Source: Octopus bimaculoides
Lineage: Eukaryota
Length of the DNA stretch: 64,000 nucleotides
Reading direction: 5' to 3'
Assembly (NCBI RefSeq): GCF_001194135.2
Contig: NC_069000.1
Location: 7,062,351-7,126,350, forward strand
Shown here: piece after piece, positions 22,619 to 36,300 of the stretch
Layout of the letters: each line of letters opens with the position of its first letter
How positions within the stretch are numbered: position 1 is the stretch's first letter
Position numbers and translations under genes: made by a program
The notes under the pieces: generated by a model
Database searches by the model: none
The model's input: the letters and a program-made list of their open reading frames with translations, nothing else
Told to the model about the DNA's origin: nothing

Positions 22619-22939
22619 TTGCCAAATAAACACACACACACTATATATTGGTGCTGCTCTCATTTATTACTGTTTTCATTCTAACTCCTGTCCATTGTCT
22701 GGAAATCTTTTGTCACACACCTGTGATCTCCTCAGCAACACTTTCCATCTTCGTATGTGCTCTTCCTCTGCTTATTCCATTCTGTTAAGTCTAGAAGAAC
22801 AGAGCACACATGAAGTGTTGCTGAAGAGGTCACAGATACGTGACGAAAGATTTCCGGACAATGGACATGAGAGTTAGAATAAGAACAGTAATTAATGAGT
22901 GAAGAACAAATATATAGTGTGTGTGTGTTTATTTGGCAA
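22619..22939. repeat. inverted repeat, arms of about 150 nt, Penelope-like terminal sequence
   Basis: 22619-22768 aligns to the reverse complement of 22792-22939 with scattered substitutions and small indels. Confidence 0.88.
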
Positions 22940-23578
22940 GTAAATAAATGAGTAAAAAAAGACCATCCCTGAAATACAATATTTGTTTCAACACACAATT
23001 TCACAAATTGTAATAATCTTGCATTTAGCTGAAGGGTAAGGCTAATTAACAATGATGAAAGAGAAATGACAGAATTGGATAATGAAGAAAGATAATACAA
23101 ATTTAAAAAAAAGACTAAAATGAAGACTGCAAAGATTTAAAGAGAAATTTAATGGTAGAAGAGTTGATGGCACCAATTTGAATGGATATAGTCCTTAATT
23201 CCCATCAGTGGGAGTAAAATCAAAGTTTGACCATGTGGTTTAAGCCGGACTTGAAAGTCAAAGGCTGAGATATAAGAGTCCAACAAAAGAGTAGAGTTTA
23301 AATTACAAGTCTTGAATGTCCAGCCAGGCTTGCGTGGTCAGCACACATCTATCTCCAGCTGCTGAGATAACCTGGCAGGACTTCAATAAAAGGGAGTCAA
23401 TGTCATGATGTGTTTGTTGCTGTTGTTGTTGCTTATATTGCTAGGAGATTTAGTGGCAAAATTGATATTGTAGCCGAGGCAACGAGGAAGTGAGCGTCTT
23501 TTCATTTTTTAGGGTTTATTGTTTTTGTTGAAGGTATGATATTAATTCTTCAGCTGAAGACAACTAGGAACTTTAATG

Positions 23579-23677
23579 TCATCTTGGTAACTGCAGACAA
23601 TAGCGCCTCAGAGCATCAACACTGTTTCGCATCCGACAAAGTTCTTCATCATCATGGTTCTTGCTTTCAAGTAAATT
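23579..23677 (-). CDS. GSE1: GSE1-like terminal coding exon
   Basis: tgcag acceptor; NLLESKNHDDEELCRMRNSVDALRRYCLQLPR then TGA. Confidence 0.87.
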   Translation of the reverse strand, partial: NLLESKNHDDEELCRMRNSVDALRRYCLQLPR

Positions 23678-26600
23678 CTGCAAAACAAACAAGGAAAATC
23701 AATCAAGTGAAACAAACGAGATTTTAAAACTATAATAATAATAATGATGATGATGATGATTCCTTTTATTGGCCACAAGGGCTCAAGACATGGGGGACAA
23801 TATCAAAGGACGAGTTACAGCACAAAAAGATTACAAAACCAAAAACGTGGGGTTAACGTCAATCAAGGGGAGATACTACCACATTAAAGGGTATAACAGG
23901 ATATATAATAGAGAATATAGATATAAATAATAATAAATAAATAGAGCCCCCCCCCCCCCAAGCAGGGCAGTCCACTTGAGATAACCTGGGGTAAGCCCCA
24001 TGTAAAAACACCGGATTTCTCTGCCATCCCCAAGGTATGGGAAAAGTGTCCTCTTCCGAACTCTCCTGTCTAAGACAATGCATGAGTTTTTCGCTTTTTG
24101 ATGAATGACCTAAACAAATGATTTGCTTATAGTGATCAAATTGTATGTGCTCCTTCCATCAAACTGACGTTGTCTGAAAAGGTGCACAATGTGTCATGCG
24201 TCAAGCGTTAAGTGATTGCAGAGCAATGTGAGATGAAGTGCTTTGCTCAAGAACACAACACACCACTGGTCTAGGAACTGAAACCACAATCTTGAAATCA
24301 TGAGTGCAACACTCTGACCACTAGGTCATTCGTCCACACAGGGTGAACTGGTAAGAACAGACGCAAACCCTGTATATCATGTGGTGTTGGCAGCAGCAAA
24401 AATATACCAACCCCAGAAGAGATGGCGACCCCACTGCAGATCGAGCAGTGTTGGGGGCAGTAACAATATAATAATGTCTGAACAACATTTGAATACTTAC
24501 AGAAACTTTTCTACTAAGTTTCTCTGCTGTCCGATTCAGATCAATGTTGTCAGTCTTTAACTTCTGGCATCTGTCGTTGAGAATGTGGCGCTCAAGCCTT
24601 TGCTCTGCAACACAAAAAAAAGAAAGAGTTTGTTTAGAAATTTGAAAGTGAAAACTGTGCTTTGTGTTTATTTAGAAAACATGGAAAAATGTTTGGATGA
24701 TTCAACAGTAATGACGAGAGGTTAACCCTTCTGATACCCAATGTTCAATGAAAAACACTAAATGTATCTTTTAATTTAATTTTGAAAATCATTATTTCAA
24801 AGGAAATAGTAAAATTATTATCATTATCATCATGGCTTCAATGTCTACCTTCCCATGGTTGCACAGGTCAGAGGGGATTTGTTGAGGCAAACTTCCTGTC
24901 ACCAATCCTCACCTGTTGGGAGTCCTCCTCACACCATTGCTAGCAATACTTTCCACAAAGATTAGAAGCAAACAGCCTTGCTTGTATATGATAATGCTCA
25001 TTTATCAGCCATGAGGTGATGTCTCATCAAAAGCATACACAAACACACATATACAACAGGCTTCATTCAATTTCCATCTACTAACCAAATCCACTCACTA
25101 GGTTTTAGCCACGTCTGAATTTTTGCCCACATTATGATTCCAAATCATTACAGGTTCAATTCCTAGCGTGGTGTACAGAACGAGTTACTTTTAAATCCCT
25201 CAATATAATTCAAGATCATAAATCTATTAAGTTGCAGCCCAATGAAGGTAGCAATTAAAAATTTGAGGAAGTCTGGATTTACCTTCTAAATAACGTTGAT
25301 AGGTGCCAAGAATGGTCTCAATTCCTGGCCATTTGAACAAAGGTTGGCCATTGAAAGAATCTGTAGCCTCTAAACGTCCATCATCTGACCGAGAACACAA
25401 ACTGGAGTGGGAATCATGTGAAGAGGATTTCTGTGATTGCTGCAGTATTGAAGATACTGCAGACAGGTGAGTTACTGTATTGTCTCTACTACTGTCCACC
25501 GACTTCATACCTGACAGAGAAAACAAAACACAAATAGAGAAATAATTAGCAATATAACAATTAGTGTATGTTGTTAATGAAACATCTAGGAATTATAATA
25601 AAGCAGAATGTAAAATGTTTGAAGTGTCATATAATAATTATTAACTTTGATGAGACATAAATCATATAGCAGATATAATTAATTGAACCGCATAGCAGAG
25701 TCCACTCTATTGCACAGTGTGACAAGGTTGGGCCTGTGAATTATATAGTCTTCTAATGGAAGTAGCAATGTATTCCATAGACACATAGAGCTGGCAGAAT
25801 CATTAGTACACTAGACAAAAATGCTTAGCAGCATTTCTCCCAGTTTTACATTCTAAGCTCGAATTAGAGGACTGATTTTGACTTTCAACCATTCAGGGTC
25901 AAATAAATAAGTACTCGTTCAGCACTGGTATTGATTTAATTGAATTCACCCATCTCTCAAAATTCCAGGCCTTGTACCAAACTTAGAAAGGCTTATTTAA
26001 AATGACAGTAAGCAATTTTACAAATAAAACCCAAGGTTTAATTCCTTACTATTATTGAGTTTAGCAACAAGAAACACTACTGCAGAGAAGACAATGTAAA
26101 GGGTGAAAATAATGGGAGACGAAAGAAAGAAAGAAAATTCTTTAAATGGTGTCATTACCTGTTCTACCATTTGAAGATTTGTTTGAAAATGTTGAAGCAA
26201 GCACTGATTCATGAAATTCTTGAGCAAATTTTTCTTTAAGCCGTCGTTGGTCACGACTGTCACCTCGATTCTCTGGAAAGATGAGGGGGCGAGTATTTTC
26301 CTGACTAGTCCTACTTGGGTTAGCCATTTGTAGGCTGGGTGTTACTGAGGGAAGAGTGGAAACACTTGTCTGTTTGAGATAGTGTGGCTGAGACGACGTC
26401 GATGAGGAAGAAGAGGAGGAGGAGGAGGAACTGGCTGTCGCTGCCAGATGGCGTTCTTGTAGTTGATTCAAAGATATTTTTGGTCGGGATGGTTGTTCTA
26501 ATTTGTTTGATACCTGAGATGATCCTTCCATATCGGTAGATTTTCTCTTAACCCTCCGATGTAAGCTGTCAAGAAGGGCTGAAAAAGAGAGCAACGACAA

Positions 26601-29600
26601 ATAATTAGAAAGTTAGCTTATAGCTGTTGACCTCGACTTACAGTAATATTTATTTTATCAACCTTTGAAAGAGAAAAAGTCAAAGGGGACGGAGATGGGA
26701 CGTGAACTCAGAATATGAGGGGAGGTAATCACATACAGCACTGTAAAGGGAGACAATACAATGAGTTACTGTCAGATATCTTTAAATATTCTGACATTTT
26801 TAGATCGATATCCGTGGAAAGGGGAAGGGATTAAGTCGACTACATCAACTCCAGTGTGTAACTGGTACTTAATTTATCGACTCCAAAAGAATGAAAGGCA
26901 AAGTTGAGCCGGGCAGAATTTGAACTCAGATCGTAGCAATGGGCGAAATACTGCTAAGCATTTCGACCAGCATGCTAACGATTCTGCCAGCCTGCCGCCT
27001 TGACTTTCATAATAATAATGACAAATAACCAACCAACCATGGACTGGGTGTGGGACATTTTCAATTAGATTCACTAGACAAGAAAAAGGTTAGCCCCACG
27101 ATGTAATTAACTACTACAGCGGGACCTGAACGCTTGTCCATCTAGTTATGTGAGTCACATTAACCATTTACTCACTGAGGTAAACTAACAACTGGGGGAG
27201 GGGGAAGTAATTGTAGAAGTTTTACAGTCGGACAGTATGATGGATATAGGCGAAGGTGGTGGTAGGACATATTCTGGAATATATTAGTGGGTTTTGTGTA
27301 GACCTGGTACCCCACATTACAATGAACCCATCCAGAATAGTACAAATGTAGTGCGCACACACACACACACACACACATACACAGAAAGGAGGAGGAGGAG
27401 GAGTAAAATTATTTACCAGGTTTTGATCGTTTAACTGGTTCTGAGAGAAGTCTCTCTTCATCAGGTTGTTGCTGTTGTTGCTGCTGCTGTTGTGGCTGTA
27501 ATACATTTTCTAGCACCAAACCAAGTCTCCGAGCTTTCTCCTCTTCACACGCTTGACGGATTGCTTCATACTCTGTGGAGACAATAAAAGCAGGATTTCT
27601 TTATATGAGGAAGATGGTTGTTCTATTGATCAATGTTGGACAATAACCATAAGAAAAGCAGTAAACATTTTGTTATCACCACATCTGGGCTCTATAACAG
27701 CAACCCATCTGAGACCATAACCTCTGGTTCTATGATAACAGATATGATATTAACCACTGTATATAGGAGAGTGCAGTATTGTTTACAGCTAAAACTTGGC
27801 ACATTTAAAACAGTAGTTTGTGACTATACAGATGAAACCATGTGTGTGCTGGATCAGAACTGACATGGAATTAACACAACAACTACAACAAACAAAGCCA
27901 GTCGTACCTTTTTTCTTATCGCCAGTGAGTGGAGTGAGTAGAAAAGAGTGGAGATAACGACATTTCTGTTTGTAGTCATTTTGCATACACAACTGTTCCG
28001 AGAAATAAACTGGTGGTACAGTTAGTTTGGTCACAGGTTCTGGATTGTTCTCTGGCGTCGACACTGGACTTAAGCTGCCTTCCCGGAACATATGTCGCCG
28101 TTTGCGGTAACGGTCAAATTCTAAATCTAGAAAACAATAAAAGAAATCACATTACAAACATTGACACAGCAAAAAATTTATCTAACCTATTATATAAAAC
28201 ATTTCCACCTTCACCTTTCTTTACTGGTATAGTTAGCTTTTCACAAGCAGTATTTTACAGATGGATGCTCTTCCTGTCACTAACCCTATAACCACCTCTT
28301 GCAACACGCAAGGGCACAGTATCCCCATTCAATCACCAGAATACATTTTTTTCCCTTAAAATTCTGTTTCCATGCTGACATGAGTTAGACTGAAACTTAT
28401 AATGGCTGATTTCCTGCAAATGGATGCCCTTCAACCCTCCATGTGCTTTACAAATAAGACACATTTCATTGTTTCTTCACACAATGAAAGCCAAAAGTAT
28501 GTGACTTATTCTTATAACAGTATGTAAACAAATGCATTGTTTTTCTCTAATCAGATTGGATTAAAAAATTCATCTCACATCAATAAAAGGTTCTGCAGAA
28601 GGCACTATACCATATATACATATACAAATATATATATATATATATATGCACACACACACGTAAGCACGTTGAAACTCTGAATAACAGTTTGTGAAGCTTT
28701 TGGGGTTTTAATAATAATAATAATAATAATAATAACCCTTTCTACTATAGGCACAAGACTTGAAATTTTTGGGGGGAGGGGCTAAGTCGATTACATTGAC
28801 TCAGTACCTCACTGGTTTATCAACTCTGAAAGGATGCAATACAAAGTCGACCTCAGCAGAATTTGAACCTAGATCATAAAGATGGACAAAATGCCACTAA
28901 GCATTTTGCTTAGCATGCCAACAATCCTGCCAGCTCACCAGCATAACAACAATAATACTAATACACACACACACACACAATCGTTTAATGTCCACTTTTC
29001 TATGCTTACCTGTTTCTAAGCAAGACAATATTCCACATGACTAGACACATTTTTATGGAAGATTGGAAACAAAGGACTACGGTGACATGCATTTAAAACT
29101 ATTACATGAAGTCAAAAGCAAGGTGAATATATAATCTGTAAAACCCTAGCCACCATTTGCAAATATGTATAACTTGGTAGCATGTGCCATGCTTTCACCA
29201 TGTTTTAGAAGCCTTTACAATCAAGGGCAAAGCCTCTCAAACAGAACTCAATGGAACGTGAAAGATGTGACAGGGGGAGGGAGAGAGATCTGCATCAGCA
29301 GTCAGTAGGTACTTACTTCAGTTAAGTACAGTGGGACAATGCAACAAACCCATGACTTTAAGAGTGAGAGCCCAGCTACTACTAGCCATTGCATCATTAT
29401 ATAGTACATACATACATAAAATGTGTGTGTGTGTTATTTTATTTTATTTAGATCATCTAAAAACTTCAGTTGAGCAAGCTGTTTCATTACATACATTTAC
29501 AATGGTTTCATTGATATTCAATTTCGAGTATTGCTTAATCATTATATAATATATGCAACTATAGATTATTCCTGAAATATACCGATACAATGAAACACTG

Positions 29601-32600
29601 ACTCTTCAGGGTCATGTATAAAATCCATCATCTATGGATTTTCAGAGATATGATCTGTGAGATATGGTCTCTGATTTAAAGTCATAATCTGAGAACAAAT
29701 TCTGCTAAGATCAACTTCCATCTTTCCTGGGTCAATAAATCAAGGACCAGTTGAGCCCCAGGATTAATGTAATTGACTTTCCTCTTGCCCCAAAATTGTT
29801 GACCTTGTGCCAAAATTCGAAAATAATAATATATACTGAAGAATTTATTTCTTAGATATTACCTACTCAAGAATTACTACTTCCAGCCAGTTGGCTAGAG
29901 CTGAATGGCTGAAACTAGTAAAAGGATATGCTTTACCCTTTTCACACTCACTCAGTCAACAGGTATTTTAATGTAATAATACATTTTACACCTGCTCATT
30001 AATATTAAGTTCCAGAGCAACATAGCACTTATGTCAGCAAGACTGTCAGACACCTAAATTTGGCAGTTTGGCAGTAGATAGATATTTGGTTCTAGTCATC
30101 TTGGCACAATTTCAATGATACACTCTCTGCAGGGTTTGTTCTTTAATTATCTCAAATGCTCAAACATAATGAACAGACCATATAACAGCTTTCACAAACC
30201 ACCAGTGGCCAATATATCTCACTTGAAATAGTCACAGACAATAGTGTTGTTATTTAGGACAATGAACAGTAGCAGTGTGTCTGTAGTAACTGTACTGTGG
30301 TATGGAATAACACCAACAACACTTGTAACAACTAATTAGTAAATATAGAACATACATTTTCAACCATTCTACTGTGGTACACTCGTGTAGCATGGCTAGT
30401 TCACAGGGTACCATGACTGATCTGCAGGGATACCACGATTGATCTGCAGGAGTACCACGATTGATCTGCAGGAGTACCACGATTGATCTGCAGGAGTACC
30501 ATGACTGATCTGCAGAGGTACCATGACTGATCTGCAGGGGTACCATGACTGATCTGCAGGGGTACCATGATTAATCTGCAGGGATACCATGATTAATCTG
30601 CAGGGATACCATGATTGATCTGCAGGGATACCATGATTGATCTGCAACTCAAATAAGGAAGGAAAAAGCGAGAATAAAAATAAGTGCTTTTTAATGCACC
30701 ACACATCATCATCATTGCTTAATGTCTGCTTTACATGCTGGCATGGGTGGGACATCAGGGTATGTATATTCCTTTATGGTAAAAGTGCAATATATGCACA
30801 TGCAACTCTATGGTAAAACAATTTAAATACACAGCATTATATAACTTGAGAAAAATCTGAAACAAAGTGTAAGATGTAAATATTGTAAAGTATTTCCACA
30901 CACAAGATAAAACTAATTCACCTCAGATATTTAAATGGAAGTTTAATTGAAAATATTTGAGTTAAATATATTATGAAGCTTACCTCTTCTTCGCGAATGA
31001 GTTGTTAAACCCATAGACTTTAAGTAACGCATTTTGCTTGGTGATTTGTCGAGTGCCAAAGGTGGGTTGGTTGTGATGATACACAGTTGCTGCTTCCTTT
31101 CCATTTCCATGGCAACAGTTAATTCTTCATCTTCTTCGCTATCACTACAATATGTTCCGTTCAGACGTGATTCTCTCATCTTTGCCTCTTCCAAGTCTAA
31201 TTTACTGACCAAGTTCTGGTCAGGGAAAATATGGAAAGAAGCATCGACTACTGAATTAATGTGCACTGATAGAGATCGATCGTAGAAGCCACCACTCCGA
31301 AAATAACTGCTGTAGTGGTTGGGGAGTTCAGGAGGATGGGCTTTATTTACTACCTGAGAACAGATACTCGAGTTGATGTCAAACTGAAACTCCTCTTGTG
31401 TGTTTCGCTGCCTGGAGGGGCCCTCACTAGGGGGTTCATGTTTGGTGAGGGATGACTGTTCATTAGACCTATTGTTGCTACTACTTCGACCACTGTTGCT
31501 ATCGTATGAATTAATCTTTTCTGCTTTGTGAGAGTCAGGGTAGGGGTGGCTGGGATATCGGTAAGGATGAAGGACATCGTATGGCCGAAATAGACCACTT
31601 TCAGAGTTTTTATCTGTTTCACTGTTTGGCCCAGAGCGGACAGGTGCAACAAGCGGGGGTGGTTTGACTGAACGCCGGTCGTCTTGTGTATCGTGATGTT
31701 TGTCTGAGGATTTCTGATTGCTTGAATGGCTTGAAGAGTTGCTATTACTTACATTAGAAGATTGTTCCTTAGAAAGACGGGGAATGGTGAAATCATTCTG
31801 AAAAAGAAAGACATGAATATTCAGTTGTCAGTCTGTAGCAACACATTAGTTAACAGAGGTGAAATAACAAATTTCAATTATTGTTGAGCAAACCACTGAT
31901 CTATGGCTATCCACCTTGTGACCATCCTACCTTGTTTTCAGGAATAGCATATCATCATTATTATCATCATTTAACATCCACTTTCCCAAGCATGCATAAA
32001 TTAGATAAAATTTGTTGAGGCAAATTTTCTTACAGCTGGATGCCTTTCCTGTTGCCAACCCTTACTTGTTTCCAAGTAAAGGAATATTCCTTATGGCCAG
32101 ATATGTTTTTATGGCAGATTGGAAACGAAGGATACAGCTTGCTTGATGGTGATAATTGCTTACAACTATCACATGAAGGGAAGGCAAAGAGATAGTAACA
32201 AACACATACACGATGAACTTCTTTTAGGTTCTGTCTCCCAAATCCACTCACAAGGCTATAGTAGAAGACACTTGTACAATCTTTTATGCAGTGGGACTGA
32301 AGCCAAGACCTTGTGGGTGGCAAACAAACTTCTTATCACAGAGCCATACCTGTGCCTGCCTAGTTCTATATTGTTCAATGTGTTCTCCATACGCAATGAT
32401 TTGAGGGACATTTGATAGCTATTTCTAGTCAACAGCATCGAAACTGTTCAGTCAATTCATATAGAGAGAAAATATAACAAATCAACAAAAACACGGCAGG
32501 AATCTTTGGTTTACCTTAGTCAAATATGAATGGTGTTTACGACGGTCTTCAAGGTGCATTGCTGGACTAGTGCTATGTCGGCTGGTGGGATGAACTTCCT

Positions 32601-33352
32601 GTTCCTGTTTTAGTTGGTGGCTGGCCACAGACATCAAGTTGCTACTGCTACTACTACAATGATCTCCGGATTCATAGGGAGTGCGTCTCCCTCGTTGTGA
32701 ATGGTGTCCCTGCTCGGGAAGTCCATTAGAGGAGTTTTGGGATGGAGCTAATCGCTCCACATACAATAAATCTCTGGGGGTACCCTGAGTGATTGAACCT
32801 GAGAACAAGAAAAATTGTTACCATTAAGTTAGCAGTAGAAACAGAAAAAAGATATTGATACCAAACTCAGAATAGAGGGAATAGTGTTACTAATAAGGAA
32901 TGTCTTTGAGATTCACTTCTTTGGAACTATATTCTTGTATGAAATGGCTTTGATAGAGAGTTCTTGAGAAGGACTTTGTTAGCAAAAGTTAGGAATATAA
33001 TAATAATACATAGAAATGTTTCTTGGAGAAGCATGAACCAGATAGTAGGCTAAACATGGCATTTAAACTTTTTTTAAAGGTATTACTGACATGGGCTACA
33101 GGGAGTTGACTAGCACTAGATATTCTTACTCCTCAACACCCATTTCTGCTTCAATAAGACTTTTACTAAAATGTAGATGAACTAAACGATAATATTAGAG
33201 AGAAAGAGAGACAGAGAAAGAAATCATCAACAGAATAAATTGGATGGAAAATATTACTGGAAATAAGGGTATATGCAAACAGATACACAGATACACACAG
33301 TCAAACATATACACACACAATAGGACAAGGCTTAGATAAACAGATGCATGTA

Positions 33353-33395
<43 letters not shown>

Positions 33396-36300
33396 AGAAC
33401 AAAACTCAGAAAAACAAACATACATACAACAGGACAAAGCAACACAACACAGACACTGTACCAACCTGAATAAGTGGAATCCGACTGTTGCAGTGTATGT
33501 CGGCGCTCTTCTTCACGCATATAATTCACTTCAGACTTTCTGCGATCGGCATCATGTTGACGCTCCAATTGATGCTGTCGTTCCAGTTCACGGAGACGTT
33601 CCTTTTCTTGTTGTTGTTGTTCTCGCTGCTCAAATTCCTTTTGCCTCTCTAGTTCTCTCTCTCGTTCTTTCTCTCTTTCAATCTCTCTATCACTGTCAAT
33701 TCGTTTGATTTTCTCGTCGTCAGCCCTTGACCTAGACAACAAAATGACATCAACACTTTAGGATGAAGTAAGAAAATGTTGTTTATACGATTGAAGGAAG
33801 GATGTTTATCACTGTTTTGTTTTCTGCTAACCCACTTATCTACTTTTCTATCTCCACCACATATAAACATTCTGAGGATCTACCTGGGTTGATGACTTAT
33901 GTTGGTTGATCACGTACCACATGATCATGGCTGATGAGGGGTATCTTGCACAGATGGGGACTGACTGGGATGCTGCTCTATGGGTCATCTGGGAGGACCC
34001 AGGAATATACAGACTAATGGTGAATGTAGCAATATGCTGCACCAATGCATGCCCCCCACACCTAACCTGACAACATAGAACTGTGAATTGCCACAGCTGT
34101 AGATTCCATAGTTTGATAGAAGTAAAAATTTCCTGTCATCAAATTGTGGAATGGTGCACAAGTATACTCTTACTACCATGCAAAAGTTGGGATTAACAAA
34201 TCTGTTGAACCCATGAAAGTTAGCATGGAAAATTGAATGTGAGGAGATAGGAATTATAAAAAAAAAATGTTTGATTTATTGTTATCATCACCTCCAGCTA
34301 ATGTCTACTTTCCCATGCTTGCATGGGACAGACAGATTTGTTGAGGCAGATTATCTACAGCTGGATGCCCTTCCTGCCGCCAACCTTCATCTGTTTCAAA
34401 GCAACCAAGTAATATTTCCTATACCCAAACATGCTTTTCCACAGAACATTGGAAGTGAACAACAGCGCTTGTATGACACTGATGTCCATCTGCAACCATC
34501 GCATGATGTCAGGAAAGGGTACACACATGTGCGATTGGCTGTAGAAGACACTTGTCCAAGGAGCTGCACAATGGAACTGAACCCAAAACCACAAGGTTGG
34601 GATGCAAGCTTCCTAACTCCACAGCTATGTTTATATACATGTTTGTTTGTTTAAATTGTAGCGGTTCAGTGTGACAGAGGAGATAGTAGTGACATGTGAG
34701 AATCTTAAACACTTTATGTCTCATAGTTCTGAGTTCAAATTCAAAGTGGATCAACTCTGATACTTTCATAGCTGGGTAAGATTTAATGAATCCCAATTTG
34801 CTATATTAAATACACTCCACTCTCATCATCTCCTAAAAAAGTATGGCCATAACTAGACAAAAGAAAATCAAATCATAAATGTACCGACCTGTCATTTGGT
34901 CCAGGTGACCGATATCCAGCCAGACGAGAACTGTTTGGCAGGTACTGTGGGTACTGTTGATGGAGAAGATCTGTAGGATAACGACTAGATGATAAAAAAG
35001 GATGTACTCCCGGAGGTGGAATGATACCTGGAGGTGGAAATGTCATGAAGTGCGGGTGCATCAATCGGCATCTTTCTAAAACTAAAGGATCATCAATACG
35101 ACTGGAAGAGAAACAAAAACCTTAGATTTAGCCAATTTAAGGGGTTAAAAAAAGAAAACAAAAAAAAGGGAAAAAATAAAATGGTTCTAGAAGGAAACGG
35201 TAATAGCAGCAGCATTTAGGTTGAAATAAATAGTGTTTCATGTATTACACAGATCTTGTATCTAAACACAGGACCATGCAACTACATACATATACATCTG
35301 TAACCCTATGGGTTTTGAGTTCAGTTCTTAGCTATTTCCACAGAATCAACAGAAGTTACATTTTCTCATTTTCCTATTCTAGAAGATTAATTATGAAACA
35401 ACTGGGGGGGAAAAAAATGAATTCCTGCTTTAAAGGAAGTTTCAATAAACAAACAATGAAAATATTTTTAACAAGTAAATAACCACAACCAAGCTGCTGG
35501 TGCAGAGTGCATCTGACTGCAGTGTGCATCTGACTGCAGTGTGCATCTGACTGCAGTATTGCCTAAGAGCATTTGATCTTCAGTCACACAAAGCCACATC
35601 AATCTACATGTGCTAGCGTGAGCCATTTGTTTAAATTTGGGAATTTGTCACCAATTAAACAGAGAAGGATTTGGCAGAACAACATATCTGTGTGAAATTC
35701 TGTTTCAAATATGAAGATTTTTCTCCTGTTACAATAGACCAATGGGGAGGATTGTTTGAACTGTACCAGTTTTTCAAAGGGGGAAGGATATCCACAGCAA
35801 AAGGATTGCTAAATTGGGTGTTGATCTATGGAAATTGTTGCCTGACTGTCTGTGAAGTTTACAAGGAAAGAGCAGGCATCTGAAAAAGTTTGTACCCCAT
35901 GATTTTAAGAGGGAAACTGAAGATGCAGCATGTTATCACAAAATCTGTGAATGTAAAAAAAGAGCTGAACCAGTCAGGAGCTGTTTCATCATATAAGTAT
36001 CAAATGTAGTGACATTATGTGGATGTACAACTATGATATTGAAATAAAAAAGGCAGTCATTTCCGAGAGTTGGATCAGTAGCATTGCAACCAAAAATCCA
36101 CAACGTTATTCCAATATGAAAGTGATGAAGATAGGTGTTATTTGTCTTGAATTTGTTCCACAAGGTCAGACAATCTAGAAAGAGATTTACTTGGACGTCC
36201 TGACACATTTGAGAGAGGCAGTGCAAAGGAAGAGACCTAAGGTATGGGTAAAGAAAAGTTAAATGATGCACCACAACAATAACTCATTGCTATGTCCTCT

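Noticed and set aside
22732-23100. ORF ending DLTEWNKQRKSTYEDGKCC considered as the last GSE1 exon
   Set aside because: Wrong phase for the preceding donor and it lies in the inverted repeat. The exon at 23677-23579 fits both phase and homology.
30404-30648. 22-bp array as a possible CRISPR
   Set aside because: Units are contiguous with no unique spacers, there are no cas genes, and the context is eukaryotic
31350-31652. 100-aa minus-strand ORF
   Set aside because: Shadow frame inside the 814-nt GSE1 exon
33848-34045. Unique segment in a GSE1 intron with cccag acceptor and possible donors (poison-exon candidate)
   Set aside because: Splice signals are ordinary and ambiguous, and there is no homology support; it cannot be supported without RNA data
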